From an uncultured Candidatus Saccharibacteria bacterium (lineage in GTDB: Bacteria; Patescibacteriota; Minisyncoccia; Minisyncoccales; CAYZYK01), in contig CAZDPT010000002.1 of the NCBI GenBank assembly GCA_964507665.1, positions 29,016-93,015 of the forward strand: 64,000 nt of DNA. The letters are read 5' to 3'. Position numbers and translations under genes: made by a program. Shown here one piece after another: positions 39,881-49,001 of this stretch (positions within the stretch are counted from its first letter, which is position 1; each line of letters begins with the position of its first letter). The notes below the pieces were generated by a model that saw nothing but the letters and a program-made list of their open reading frames with translations, did no database searches and had not been told where the DNA came from.

Positions 39881-40078
39881 ATGTATTCTTTGATTGGAGG
39901 ATGGGTGTTGTTTGGTGGAAGTATTTTATTTAGTGTACTTGTTGTATTATTGAAGATAGCAGGATTAACTGAAAAACTAGTACTATTGGAACCAAAAATA
40001 GTGGTAATAACTATGGTAGCTCTAGTAGTTGGATTTGTTCTTATTGGAAAGGGTGTTCTTTCGATCGCCTTGCCTTAA
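39881..40078 (+). CDS. hypothetical 2-TM small protein (65 aa)
   Basis: Two hydrophobic helices and an SD-like agagggaag upstream. Confidence 0.4.
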   Translation: MYSLIGGWVLFGGSILFSVLVVLLKIAGLTEKLVLLEPKIVVITMVALVVGFVLIGKGVLSIALP

Positions 40079-40126
40079 TTCAATTTTATTGTTTCACCAG
40101 TTTTGTTTCAGGGAAAGGAGGAATAG

Positions 40127-40450
40127 ATGATAGATCTTGATTCACCAAAGAGAAGAGTCCTGGAACGTGAACTTGGCATGATCAGAGTTGCTATAATCAT
40201 TCATGTTTTAGTGAGTTCTTTTTGGATAATGGGAGTTATCTTTGCTTTTTTGTGGGGGGTTTTCAACCTAGTTTTTGTCTGTCAACAGAACCCTCAAATT
40301 ACCGGTTGCTTTTTTGTAGTTTTATCTTGTATTGGATTTTTCCTTTATATTCGCTTCTCTGCTTGGTTAGTGGAGAAATTCCGAGAGACAACAAAAAAAC
40401 TAGATTATATTTTACCGGAAGAAAAAGAAAAATGGAGGAAAATTCTCTAA
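40127..40450 (+). CDS. hypothetical 3-TM small protein (107 aa)
   Basis: Strong SD aaggagg 5 nt upstream, three hydrophobic helices and a basic C-tail. Confidence 0.45.
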   Translation: MIDLDSPKRRVLERELGMIRVAIIIHVLVSSFWIMGVIFAFLWGVFNLVFVCQQNPQITGCFFVVLSCIGFFLYIRFSAWLVEKFRETTKKLDYILPEEKEKWRKIL

Positions 40451-40556
40451 GAAAATACAACAAGAGCTGTGGTCTAGGGACTACAGCTTTTTTATTTTCA
40501 CAATTTCTCTTTTTTGTAACTATGATATGATAGTAAAAAGGTTTAAATTTCAATCG

Positions 40557-40598
40557 AGGCCATCAGGCGAGAAAATTTAAGGCGAGATGGCCTTTTTC
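40557..40598 (+). terminator. intrinsic terminator of the cassette
   Basis: aggccatc ... gatggcct stem followed by ttttc. Confidence 0.6.
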
Positions 40599-40638
40599 TT
40601 TTAAATCAGAACTTATTTTATGTTAAAATAGAAAAATC

Positions 40639-41688
40639 ATGTTAGATGAAATAAAAGAAATTGGAGATAAAAAAAAGTGGGAGAATTTTTTGATGGGTTG
40701 TGACCAAAAAACCTTTTTGGATTCTTGGAACTGGGGGAAATTTCAAAAAAAATTAGGAAACAAGATTTGGAGATTAGGTTTTTTTAAAGAAGGTCAACTA
40801 GAAGCTGTAGCTCTTATGGTAAAAATAGAAGCAAAAAGAGGTACATTTTTGTTTATTCCTCACGGACCTAATTTAAAAACTCCTAATAAAGAAACTAAAA
40901 AACAAGTTTTAGAAGTTTTAATAGAAAAGTTAAAAAGAATAGCGAAAAAAGAAAAAGTAAGTTTCATAAGATTTTCACCAATTTGGGGGAGAAAAAAAGA
41001 AAATATTAATATTTTTAAATCCTTAGAATTCAAAAAAGCCCCAATTCATATTCATCCTGAAGTTACTTGGGAACTTGATATTTCAAAAGAAGAGAAAGAG
41101 ATTCTGATGGATATGCGCAAGAATACAAGGTATGAAATTAGAAAAGGTAAAAAAAACAAAGATTTAACTATAGAAAGAAGCAAAAAAGAGAAAGAAATTG
41201 AAGTTTTTAATAGTCTTTATGAGAAAACAGCAAAGAGGCATGATTTCGTTCCTTTTTCTCTCAGTTATTTAAAAAAAGAATATCAAAGTTTTGCTCCTGA
41301 TAATCAAATTTTGACTTTTTATGCCAGATATAAAGGAGAGATTACCAGTTCCGCTATAATCGTTTTTTGGCAGAAGAGAGCTTTCTATCATCATGGGGCC
41401 TCAAATATGAAGTATCCTAAAGTGCCAAGTTCCAGATTGCTTCAGTGGGAGGTAATTCGGGAAGCAAAAAAGAGAGGTTGTGAACTTTATAACTTCTGGG
41501 GTATTGCTGATGTTCCACTCCGTGAAGTTAAAAAAAGAAAGCATCCCTGGGCAGGATTAACTATCTTTAAAAGAGGTTTTGGTGGTCAAAAAAAAGAGTA
41601 CTTAAAAACTCAAGATTTAATTTTATCTTCAAAATACTGGCTAAATTATTTAATTGAGACAATAAGGAGAATAAGGAGAGGGCTTTAA
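40639..41688 (+). CDS. FemAB-family aminoacyl-tRNA-dependent peptidoglycan peptidyltransferase
   Basis: FLDSWNWGKFQ N-terminus and FYHHGAS and Y(N)FWG(I) blocks typical of FemX/FemAB. Confidence 0.75.
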   Translation: MLDEIKEIGDKKKWENFLMGCDQKTFLDSWNWGKFQKKLGNKIWRLGFFKEGQLEAVALMVKIEAKRGTFLFIPHGPNLKTPNKETKKQVLEVLIEKLKRIAKKEKVSFIRFSPIWGRKKENINIFKSLEFKKAPIHIHPEVTWELDISKEEKEILMDMRKNTRYEIRKGKKNKDLTIERSKKEKEIEVFNSLYEKTAKRHDFVPFSLSYLKKEYQSFAPDNQILTFYARYKGEITSSAIIVFWQKRAFYHHGASNMKYPKVPSSRLLQWEVIREAKKRGCELYNFWGIADVPLREVKKRKHPWAGLTIFKRGFGGQKKEYLKTQDLILSSKYWLNYLIETIRRIRRGL

Positions 41689-41705
41689 AATAGTAAAATT
41701 TCAAG

Positions 41706-42509
41706 ATGACAAAAAGAAGAAGAACCCCTCATAAAATAAAAAGAAAAAAAAGCATTTTCAGAAGACGTCTCTTTTGGTTTTTCTTATTATTTTTAATTAT
41801 TATTTTGGTTTTCTCTTATTTCTTATTTTTTTCAGATAAGTTTTATGTTAAAAAAATAAAAGTTACAGGAAACGAAAAAATTGCAACAGAAGATATTAAA
41901 AAAATTGTTTCTGATAAATTAAGTCGTAATTTTTTTGATATAATTAAGACAAGAAGTATATTTTTAATTCCAGAAAAGGAAATAAGGAATAAAATTTTAA
42001 AAGATTATCCTAAAATTGGAAATGTTGAAATAAAAAGAAAGCTTTTTGACACTTTGATTCTGAAAATAGAAGAAAGAAAGCCTATGGCTCTTTTCTGTCA
42101 AGGAAATGAATGTTTTTTGATTGATAAAAATGGAGTAATTTTTGAGTCCTCAAAAACAACTCCCAAAGAGTTAGAAATTAGACTTTTCGAAAAGAGACAA
42201 AATTTATCTTTACCCAGGAAGATTATAACAAAGAAGATTTTAGGATTAATCTTAAAAATTGAAAAGAACCTTAAAGAAAAGTTTGATGTAACGACAAAAG
42301 AAGTATTTACTGACCAAAAAGAGAAATTAAACTTTAAAACAGTTCAAGGGTGGAAGATTTATTTTAATCTAGAGAAAGATATAGACTTACAGATAACTAA
42401 ACTGAATTTATTACTTGAAAAAGAGATTTCTCCAGAAGAGAGAAAGATTTTAAATTACATTGATTTAAGATTTAGTAGGGTTTTTGTAAGCCCCCCTGAA
42501 GTTTTGTGA
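41706..42509 (+). CDS. ftsQ: cell division protein FtsQ/DivIB-like (POTRA)
   Basis: Basic N-terminus, single TM, POTRA-like FYVKKIKVTGNEKI, and IDLRF near the C-terminus. Confidence 0.7.
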   Translation: MTKRRRTPHKIKRKKSIFRRRLFWFFLLFLIIILVFSYFLFFSDKFYVKKIKVTGNEKIATEDIKKIVSDKLSRNFFDIIKTRSIFLIPEKEIRNKILKDYPKIGNVEIKRKLFDTLILKIEERKPMALFCQGNECFLIDKNGVIFESSKTTPKELEIRLFEKRQNLSLPRKIITKKILGLILKIEKNLKEKFDVTTKEVFTDQKEKLNFKTVQGWKIYFNLEKDIDLQITKLNLLLEKEISPEERKILNYIDLRFSRVFVSPPEVL

Positions 42510-42525
42510 ATTATTTGATTAACCC

Positions 42526-42553
42526 TTGACAAGGTTTTTTAAAGAGGTAAAAT
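42526..42553 (+). promoter_or_regulatory. promoter (TTGACA-16-TAAAAT) driving a non-coding or peptide transcript
   Basis: Hexamers at 42526-42531 and 42548-42553. Confidence 0.45.
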
Positions 42554-42559
42554 AAAAGT

Positions 42560-42925
42560 AGTATGCAAAAGATAAACCTAACCAATCTTGTAGTACTTCA
42601 AGTAGTAGCAGATAGTAATCTGCTTGGTTGGGTTTGTTAAGAAAAAAAATAAATAGAAAAAAAGCAAATCTGGCCGAGCAGAGCCAGATTTTTAAGTTTA
42701 AATCTACAAAAGTTCCTTAAAAACTAATTCTGTCCTAGGAGAACAGTCACCCAAACTACAGAAAAAGAACACTATCAGAGAGTAAAGGAGATAGGGCTCT
42801 GTAAACAGCAGAGTATCCGTGGCCATTTCCCATCATAGAAAAGCCGGTCTTTTGGAAAACACCTTCTTCCAGAAGACCCTCCTTTACTCTTAAACAAGGG
42901 GGCCAGACCAGGCCCCCTCTTTTTA
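42560..42925 (+). ncRNA. candidate structured RNA(s) of unknown class, ending at a GC-rich terminator
   Basis: 5' module: a long hairpin (aaacctaaccaa/ttggttgggttt) and the hairpin aaatctggc/gccagattt. 3' module: a perfect 12-bp closing helix 42779-42790/42879-42890 enclosing two hairpins. Terminator is gggggcc-agacca-ggccccc-tcttttt (42898-42924). Confidence 0.45.
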
Positions 42926-42931
42926 GTTGAC

Positions 42932-43011
42932 TTGACAAGAATTTTTTAATAAATATAATTAAATGAGGGTGAATTATCACTCTTGACCTCAGACTGCTAA
43001 TTTTATATAAT
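42932..43011 (+). promoter_or_regulatory. tandem hrcA operon promoters (TTGACA-16-TATAAT and TTGACC-17-TATAAT)
   Basis: P1 hexamers at 42932-37 and 42954-59. P2 hexamers at 42983-88 and 43006-11. Confidence 0.5.
42974..43000 (+). promoter_or_regulatory. CIRCE operator (HrcA binding site)
   Basis: TTATCACTC-N9-GACTGCTAA against the consensus TTAGCACTC-N9-GAGTGCTAA, one mismatch per arm. It overlaps the P2 -35 and spacer. Confidence 0.7.
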
Positions 43012-43078
43012 AGTTGTAGCTAACCTTCTCATATGAGACAAAAGAATAATTTTTGTCTGAGAAGAGATATTTTCGAAT

Positions 43079-43831
43079 ATGAAGTTAACTAATCGTCAAC
43101 GAAAAATAATAAATGCAGTAGTTAAAGAATATGTTAAATCAGCTCATCCAGTAAGCTCTAAGCTGCTTAAAAAAAAGTATAAGTTTGAAGTTTCACCAGC
43201 AACCCTTAGAAATGAGATGAAAGAGTTAACTGATAAAGGTTATTTGTTCCAGCCACATACTTCTGCAGGAAGAGTTCCTGCTGATAAAAGTTATCGCTTT
43301 TTTGTAAATCATTTTTTGGAAAAAGAGTTCCAGAATAAAAAAAGAGAACAACCCAAAAAGAAAGAAGATGTTTTTGAAATGTCCCAGGAATTTGAGAAAG
43401 AAGTTAAAGATATTCATAAATTTGTTCGTACTCTTACTAAAAAATTAGCTCATTTTTCTTCAAGTTTAGCGATCTGTTATCTGCTAGAGGAAGAAATTAT
43501 GTTAAGAGAGGGCTGGAATGAGATTTTCAAAGAGCCAGAATTTAAAAATTCTGATTTTTCCTCCCAGTTTATAGATATGGTAGATATTTTAGAGAAAAGT
43601 TTTGAAGATTTACCCTTCGAAAATGGAAGGTATGACAGAATTAAAATCTATATTGGAAAAGAGGTTCCTTTCTCTAAAAAATCAGAGTTTAGTGTGATTG
43701 TTTCTAGGTGTAGTTTCTCCAAGATTCAAGAAGGTTTTTTAACCCTTTTGGGTCCAAAGAGAATGGCTTATCCTAAAAATATTAGTTTAATGAATTCAGT
43801 GATAAAACTATTAGAAGAAAAAACAGAGTAG
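43079..43831 (+). CDS. hrcA: heat-inducible transcription repressor HrcA (short, 250 aa)
   Basis: LTNRQRKIINAVVKEYVKSAHPVSSKLL wHTH N-terminus, SPATLRNEM and GYL.QPHTSAGRVP motifs. Confidence 0.85.
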   Translation: MKLTNRQRKIINAVVKEYVKSAHPVSSKLLKKKYKFEVSPATLRNEMKELTDKGYLFQPHTSAGRVPADKSYRFFVNHFLEKEFQNKKREQPKKKEDVFEMSQEFEKEVKDIHKFVRTLTKKLAHFSSSLAICYLLEEEIMLREGWNEIFKEPEFKNSDFSSQFIDMVDILEKSFEDLPFENGRYDRIKIYIGKEVPFSKKSEFSVIVSRCSFSKIQEGFLTLLGPKRMAYPKNISLMNSVIKLLEEKTE

Positions 43832-43833
43832 TT

Positions 43834-44334
43834 ATGTCTGATAAAAAAAACAAAAAAGAATCAAAAGATGAAAAATCAAAACTAGAAAAAAAGATTGAGG
43901 AATTGAAGAAAGAAAACCAGGAGTATTTGGAAGGTTGGCAGAGAGCAAAAGCTGACTTCTTGAATTTTAAGAATAAAGAAGCAGAGAGAATTAAAGAAGT
44001 TATAGATTTTGCAAACCAAGAATTAATTCTGAAAATTTTACCTATTTTGGATAATCTTGATTTAGCTGAAAAAAACTTAACCAAGAAAGAGAAAAATAAT
44101 GAATATATTAAAGGTATTTTACAAATTAAAAGACAATTTCAAGATATTTTAAAAGAAGAAGGTGTGGAGGAAATAAAAACGGAGGGTCAGAAATTTGATC
44201 CAAATTTTCATAAAGTAACAGAGCAAATTAAGAAGGACAATCTTTCTTCGGGCAAGATAGTGGAAGAAATTAAGAAAGGTTATACTTTAAACGGAAAAGT
44301 GATAAGACCCGCTGAAGTTAAAGTTGTAAAGTAA
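43834..44334 (+). CDS. grpE: nucleotide exchange factor GrpE
   Basis: Coiled-coil N-terminus, RAKADFLNFK, LPILDNLD and the C-terminal beta domain GYTLNGKVIRPAEV. Confidence 0.88.
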   Translation: MSDKKNKKESKDEKSKLEKKIEELKKENQEYLEGWQRAKADFLNFKNKEAERIKEVIDFANQELILKILPILDNLDLAEKNLTKKEKNNEYIKGILQIKRQFQDILKEEGVEEIKTEGQKFDPNFHKVTEQIKKDNLSSGKIVEEIKKGYTLNGKVIRPAEVKVVK

Positions 44335-44418
44335 TTAATATTAAAAATACTAAAAAGGTCATCTTTTATTCATCATTAACTTAATTATTGGGCTAAAAAC
44401 CCATAATTAGAAGAATTT

Positions 44419-44838
44419 ATGCCTATTGTACCATGGAGACCATTTCATGAACTAGAAAGATGGTTTGAGGATTGGCCTGAGCTTGAGGGTTTTCCCGAAA
44501 GACAGGTTCCTAGAATGGACATTTATGAGAAAAACAGCAATATTGTAGCTGAAGTTGAACTTCCTGGTGTTGATCCTAAAGATATTGATGTTGAAGTAAA
44601 AGACAATGTTTTGAGTATTGAGGCAAAGAAGAAGAAAGAAGAAAAGAAGAAAGAAAAAGGTTATTACAGGAGAGAATTGAGCAAAGGCTATTTTAGGAGA
44701 AGAGTAAGGTTGCCGGAAGGTGTGAAATCTGGGAAAACAACTGCTAATTATGAAGACGGAATTCTGAAAGTTATTGTTCCTAGAGAAAAACCCAAAAAGG
44801 AAAAGAAAGGCAAGAAGGTTAAAATTGAATCCAAATAA
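44419..44838 (+). CDS. Hsp20/alpha-crystallin small heat-shock protein
   Basis: VAEVELPGVDPKDIDVEV and ANYEDGILKVIVP alpha-crystallin motifs. Confidence 0.85.
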   Translation: MPIVPWRPFHELERWFEDWPELEGFPERQVPRMDIYEKNSNIVAEVELPGVDPKDIDVEVKDNVLSIEAKKKKEEKKKEKGYYRRELSKGYFRRRVRLPEGVKSGKTTANYEDGILKVIVPREKPKKEKKGKKVKIESK

Positions 44839-45029
44839 TTTTCCTCAAACTGGTTTAGTTTTGAGTTGAATCTCCCTCTCTGAACTCTCTTTATGAGATT
44901 GCTATAAGAGTTTCAAGGGAGTTTGGAGTGGGTATTCAGTTCAAAATAATAAATACTTTAAGTAAAACTGTGATTATAAATCGTAAATGTAAAGATAAAA
45001 CATTTTCGAGATAATAATCACCACAGAAA

Positions 45030-46952
45030 ATGTCAAAAATTTTAGGTATTGATTTAGGAACCACTTTTTCTGCTATAGCTACAATGGAAGGGGGAAATCC
45101 AAAAATAATTGAGAATAAAGAAGGTAACAGAACAACACCTTCTGTTGTTGCTGTAAACAAGAAGGGGGAGAGATTGGTAGGTGTTGTAGCTAGAAGACAG
45201 GCAATTACTAATTCAGAAAACACCATATTTTCCATAAAGAGATTAATGGGAAGGAAGTTTTCTGATAAAGAAGTTAAAAAAGATATTAAAAATTTACCTT
45301 ACCAAATTAGAAAATCACCGGATGGCAAAGGTATTCAAGTTAAAATGGGGGAAAAATGGTACAAACCTCCTGAAATTTCAGCAATGATTTTACAGAAATT
45401 AAAACAAGATGCTGAATCTAAATTAGGCGAAGAAATTAAAGAAGCCATCATTACTTGTCCTGCCTATTTTAATGATTCTCAAAGAAAAGCAACCAAGGTT
45501 GCAGGGGAAATAGCAGGGTTTAAAGTAAAAAGAGTTATTAACGAGCCAACTGCTGCAGCTTTAGCTTATGGTTTAACCAAAAAGAAAAACCAACAGATTT
45601 TGGTTTATGATTTTGGTGGTGGAACATTTGATGTTTCTATTCTAGATGTTTCAGAGGACACAGTTGAGGTTAAAGCAACTGGTGGTGACAGTCACCTGGG
45701 TGGAGATGATTTTGATCAAGAAGTTATGAACTGGATAGTTGATAAATTCAAGTCAGATGAAGGTATTGATTTATCAAAAGATAAATTAGCCTTACAGAGG
45801 ATAAAAGAAGCTGCAGAAAAAGCTAAGATCGAACTATCTTCAAGTAAAGAAACAGAAATTAACCTTCCTTTTATTACTTCTGGTGAATCAGGACCCAAAC
45901 ACTTACTTTATAAGTTAACAAGAGCTCAACTTGAAAATTTAACCTCAAAATATATTGAAAAGTCATTCGATTTAGTTAAAAAGACACTCCAAGAGGCGGA
46001 TCTTAAACCCGAAGATATTGAAGAGATTGTTCTAGTCGGTGGTCAAACTAGAATGCCTAAGATTCAACAAGAGGTTAAAGAGATATTTGGGAAAGAGGCA
46101 AATAAAGAAATAAACCCTGATGAGGTGGTGGCAATTGGTGCTGCAACTCAGGCTGGAATTTTACAAGGTGATATTAAAGATGTTCTTCTGTTGGATGTTA
46201 CACCTTTAAGCTTAGGAATTGAGACTTTAGGTGGTGTCAACACAGTTTTAATTCCTAAAAATACTACTATTCCCACTTCTAAAAAACAAGTTTTCTCAAC
46301 AGCAGCTGATAATCAAACCTCAGTTCAAATTAATGTTTTACAAGGGGAAAGGCCTGTGGCAGGAGATTGTAAGAGTTTAGGCAAATTTATTCTAGATGGT
46401 ATCCCTCCTGCTCGGAGAGGTGTCCCTCAAATTGAAGTAAGCTTCGATATTAATGCTAATGGAATCTTAAATGTTTCAGCAAAAGATAAAGGGACAGGAA
46501 AGGAACAGTCAATTCGAATTGAAGGTTCCTCTGGTTTGTCGAAAGAAGAAATAGAAAAAATGAAAAAAGAAGCAGAGAAGCACGCAAGAGAAGATGAAAA
46601 GAAGAAAGAATTAATTGATGAAAGAAATAAAGCAGATACTTTGATTTACACCACAGAGAAAACTCTGAAAGAGTCAAAAGACAAAATAGATGAAGAAACT
46701 AGGAAACAAATAAAAGAAAAATTGAAAGTCTTGAAGGAAGTTAAAGATAAAGATAATATTGAGGAAATAAAAAGTAAAATTCAAGATCTATCCCAAATCG
46801 TTCAGAAAGTTGGAGCTGAAATTTATCAACAATCAGAGAAACAGAAACAAAAAGGAGCCCAGACAGACCAACAACAGAGTAAGAAGAAAGGAAGCAAAGA
46901 GAAAAAGAAAAGCAAAGATACAGAAGAAGGAGAGTATAAAGAAGAAGAATAA
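45030..46952 (+). CDS. dnaK: molecular chaperone DnaK
   Basis: [15 protein letters not shown] and VGGQTRMP Hsp70 signatures. Confidence 0.95.
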   Translation: MSKILGIDLGTTFSAIATMEGGNPKIIENKEGNRTTPSVVAVNKKGERLVGVVARRQAITNSENTIFSIKRLMGRKFSDKEVKKDIKNLPYQIRKSPDGKGIQVKMGEKWYKPPEISAMILQKLKQDAESKLGEEIKEAIITCPAYFNDSQRKATKVAGEIAGFKVKRVINEPTAAALAYGLTKKKNQQILVYDFGGGTFDVSILDVSEDTVEVKATGGDSHLGGDDFDQEVMNWIVDKFKSDEGIDLSKDKLALQRIKEAAEKAKIELSSSKETEINLPFITSGESGPKHLLYKLTRAQLENLTSKYIEKSFDLVKKTLQEADLKPEDIEEIVLVGGQTRMPKIQQEVKEIFGKEANKEINPDEVVAIGAATQAGILQGDIKDVLLLDVTPLSLGIETLGGVNTVLIPKNTTIPTSKKQVFSTAADNQTSVQINVLQGERPVAGDCKSLGKFILDGIPPARRGVPQIEVSFDINANGILNVSAKDKGTGKEQSIRIEGSSGLSKEEIEKMKKEAEKHAREDEKKKELIDERNKADTLIYTTEKTLKESKDKIDEETRKQIKEKLKVLKEVKDKDNIEEIKSKIQDLSQIVQKVGAEIYQQSEKQKQKGAQTDQQQSKKKGSKEKKKSKDTEEGEYKEEE

Positions 46953-46976
46953 CATCAACTTATTGAATTTTAATTT

Positions 46977-48074
46977 ATGACAGAAGATTATTACAAAATC
47001 TTAGGAGTTTCTCGAAAGGCGTCTCCTGAAGAAATCAAAAAAGCCTATCGAAAATTAGCTCACAAACACCATCCTGATAAGGGAGGAGATGAAAAGGAAT
47101 TCAAGAAGATTAATGAGGCTTATCAAGTTCTTTCAGATAAAAAGAAAAGAGCTCAATATGATAGATTTGGAAAAACCTTTGGGGGGAGTTCAGGTTTTGG
47201 AGGTGGAGATCCTTTTGGTTCAGCAGGTCAAACTTTCTCAGGAGCAGGTTTCGGATTTGGCTCCGATGATTTAGAAGATATATTAGAGCAACTAGGAGAA
47301 TCTTTTGGATTTGGCAGAAGAAGAAAGAGACCAAAAGATAAAAATAGAGGAGAAGATATTAAAGTAGATTTAGAGATAAATCTTGAAGAGACACTAAAGG
47401 ATCAAGAGAAAATAATTACTTTAAATAAATTAGTTGCTTGTTCTCGCTGTGAAGGAACTGGTGCAGAACCCGGAACAGAACTTAAAGAGTGTTTTTCCTG
47501 TAGGGGGACAGGAAGGGTCCGACAAATAAAAAGGACAATTTTTGGTTCCTTTACACGTCACACTACCTGTCCTGAATGTGGTGGTGAAGGTAGGAAACCC
47601 GAGAAATTTTGTAATGTTTGCTCGGGTGAGGGAAGAATAAAGAAAGAGCAAAAAATTAAAATTAATATTCCAGCAGGTATTGATTCAGATCAGATATTAA
47701 AGTTAAGAAATAAAGGGCAAGCTGGAAGAAGGGGCGGACCTCCAGGAGACTTATATATTAGGATTTCAATACGTGCTCATAAAGATTTTGAAAGAAAAGG
47801 TGATGATCTTTATCTTTCCTGTAATATTTCCTTTTCTGAAGCAGTTTTAGGTGATGAAATAGAGATTCCAACTCTTGAAGGAAAAAAAGTGTTATTAAAA
47901 ATTCCAAAAAGTACAGAATCAGGTAAGACTTTAAGAATTTCAAACAAAGGAATTCCTCATTTTCAGAGAAGAGGAAGAGGAAATTTATATGTTAAATTAA
48001 ATATAAAAACTCCTAAGAAATTGACTAAAAAACAGAAAGAACTTTTGGAGAGATTAAGACAACAAGGTCTTTAA
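46977..48074 (+). CDS. dnaJ: co-chaperone DnaJ
   Basis: J-domain HPD, a G/F region, and four CxxCxGxG zinc motifs. Confidence 0.92.
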   Translation: MTEDYYKILGVSRKASPEEIKKAYRKLAHKHHPDKGGDEKEFKKINEAYQVLSDKKKRAQYDRFGKTFGGSSGFGGGDPFGSAGQTFSGAGFGFGSDDLEDILEQLGESFGFGRRRKRPKDKNRGEDIKVDLEINLEETLKDQEKIITLNKLVACSRCEGTGAEPGTELKECFSCRGTGRVRQIKRTIFGSFTRHTTCPECGGEGRKPEKFCNVCSGEGRIKKEQKIKINIPAGIDSDQILKLRNKGQAGRRGGPPGDLYIRISIRAHKDFERKGDDLYLSCNISFSEAVLGDEIEIPTLEGKKVLLKIPKSTESGKTLRISNKGIPHFQRRGRGNLYVKLNIKTPKKLTKKQKELLERLRQQGL

Positions 48075-48217
48075 TTAACTGAAACCAACAAATCGATTAA
48101 CTTCCACCGACCAAAACCGAGCAAAATCATCAGTAAAGTCCAATTGCAACCTCAGGTTGAATCACCTGAGGTATTGATTTTTCAGCAAAAATTAGATAAG
48201 ATATATAAATGTATAAT

Positions 48218-48289
48218 GCCCCCATAACTCAACTGGTAGAGTAGCGGCCTTTTAAGCCGTCGGTTTCCGTTCGAGTCGGAATGGGGGCA
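48218..48289 (+). tRNA. tRNA-Lys (anticodon UUU)
   Basis: Acceptor GCCCCCA/TGGGGGC, anticodon loop CTTTTAA, T-arm TTCCG-TTCGAGT-CGGAA. A T-run follows. Confidence 0.88.
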
Positions 48290-48680
48290 CTTTTTTATGA
48301 GAGACCCATTGGTAATTAAAAAATGCAGAAGATTAAGGAAAAGAGGTTCACCTTTAGTGTAAGCAGGAAAAGAATATACAAAAAGATGATCAAAATATTA
48401 CAGAAAGTTTCTAAAGACAATAAAAATTTTCCTCAAAATTGGTCATTACTACATCAATAGCAAATGAAATGTTCTAAAAACCATAGTTTAAAAAAGAAAA
48501 CATTGGGAGCGGAGCAGCGTGATTTTGCTCTGTCTGTCAGAATTAAAAATTTATTCCCCCACAAATTCTGTTGTAAGGTTTTTATTTATAATGTAGAATG
48601 AAATAGTAGTATTAGCCGTCTATAATCTATGGAGAACCAAAAAAAATAAAAAGATTGGGAAACAAAAAATTCTTATCTTT

Positions 48681-48989
48681 ATGAAATTAAAACATTATTC
48701 TTCTGAAAAACTTAAAAAGGAAATAAGGGAAATTATAGGAAAGTATTTAAACTTAAAAAAATATGAAGTTTTCTTTTTCGGTTCCCGGATAACCGAAGAG
48801 GGGAGAGAAAGGTCTGATATTGATGTGGGTATTGAAGGACCAAAAAAAATCTCAGGGGATCTAAAAGTGAAAATAGAAGAAGAAATAAAAGAAATTCCTA
48901 CTCTCTATACAATTGATATTGTTGATTTTAAAGATGTCTCCTCTGATTTTTATAACGTAGCTCGTCAAAAGACAGAATCAATAAGTTAA
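48681..48989 (+). CDS. minimal nucleotidyltransferase (MNT-type antitoxin-like)
   Basis: GSRITEEGRERSDIDVGIE matches the GSx(n)SDxD pol-beta nucleotidyltransferase motif. 102 aa. Confidence 0.75.
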   Translation: MKLKHYSSEKLKKEIREIIGKYLNLKKYEVFFFGSRITEEGRERSDIDVGIEGPKKISGDLKVKIEEEIKEIPTLYTIDIVDFKDVSSDFYNVARQKTESIS

Positions 48990-49001
48990 ATTGTCCAAAT
49001 T

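Noticed and set aside
40222-40530. Alternative-frame 102-aa ORF overlapping the 40127-40450 gene
   Set aside because: It has no SD or promoter of its own. The 40127 frame has a strong aaggagg at ideal spacing and cleaner TM-helix periodicity.
42560-42925. Identification of the structured RNA as tmRNA, RNase P RNA, SRP RNA or 6S RNA
   Set aside because: There is no tRNA-like T-arm or CCA-proximal acceptor, and no ANDENYALAA-type tag frame. The GAGGAAAGUCC and ACAGAAnnCGGCUUA-like strings are only loosely matched and far too close together for RNase P. There is no GNRA-capped SRP helix 8 motif. The class is left unknown rather than named.
42756-42980. 74-aa minus-strand ORF across the structured intergenic region and hrcA promoters
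   Set aside because: It would start inside the CIRCE/promoter region. It has no RBS or promoter and odd composition. The region is better explained by plus-strand RNA structure ending at a terminator.
48290-48680. Integrated element at tRNA-Lys (search for an att direct repeat of the tRNA 3' end and an integrase)
   Set aside because: No direct repeat of the tRNA 3' end was found downstream, only an inverted tgggggaa-like string at ~48555. There is no integrase ORF, only short fragmentary ORFs.
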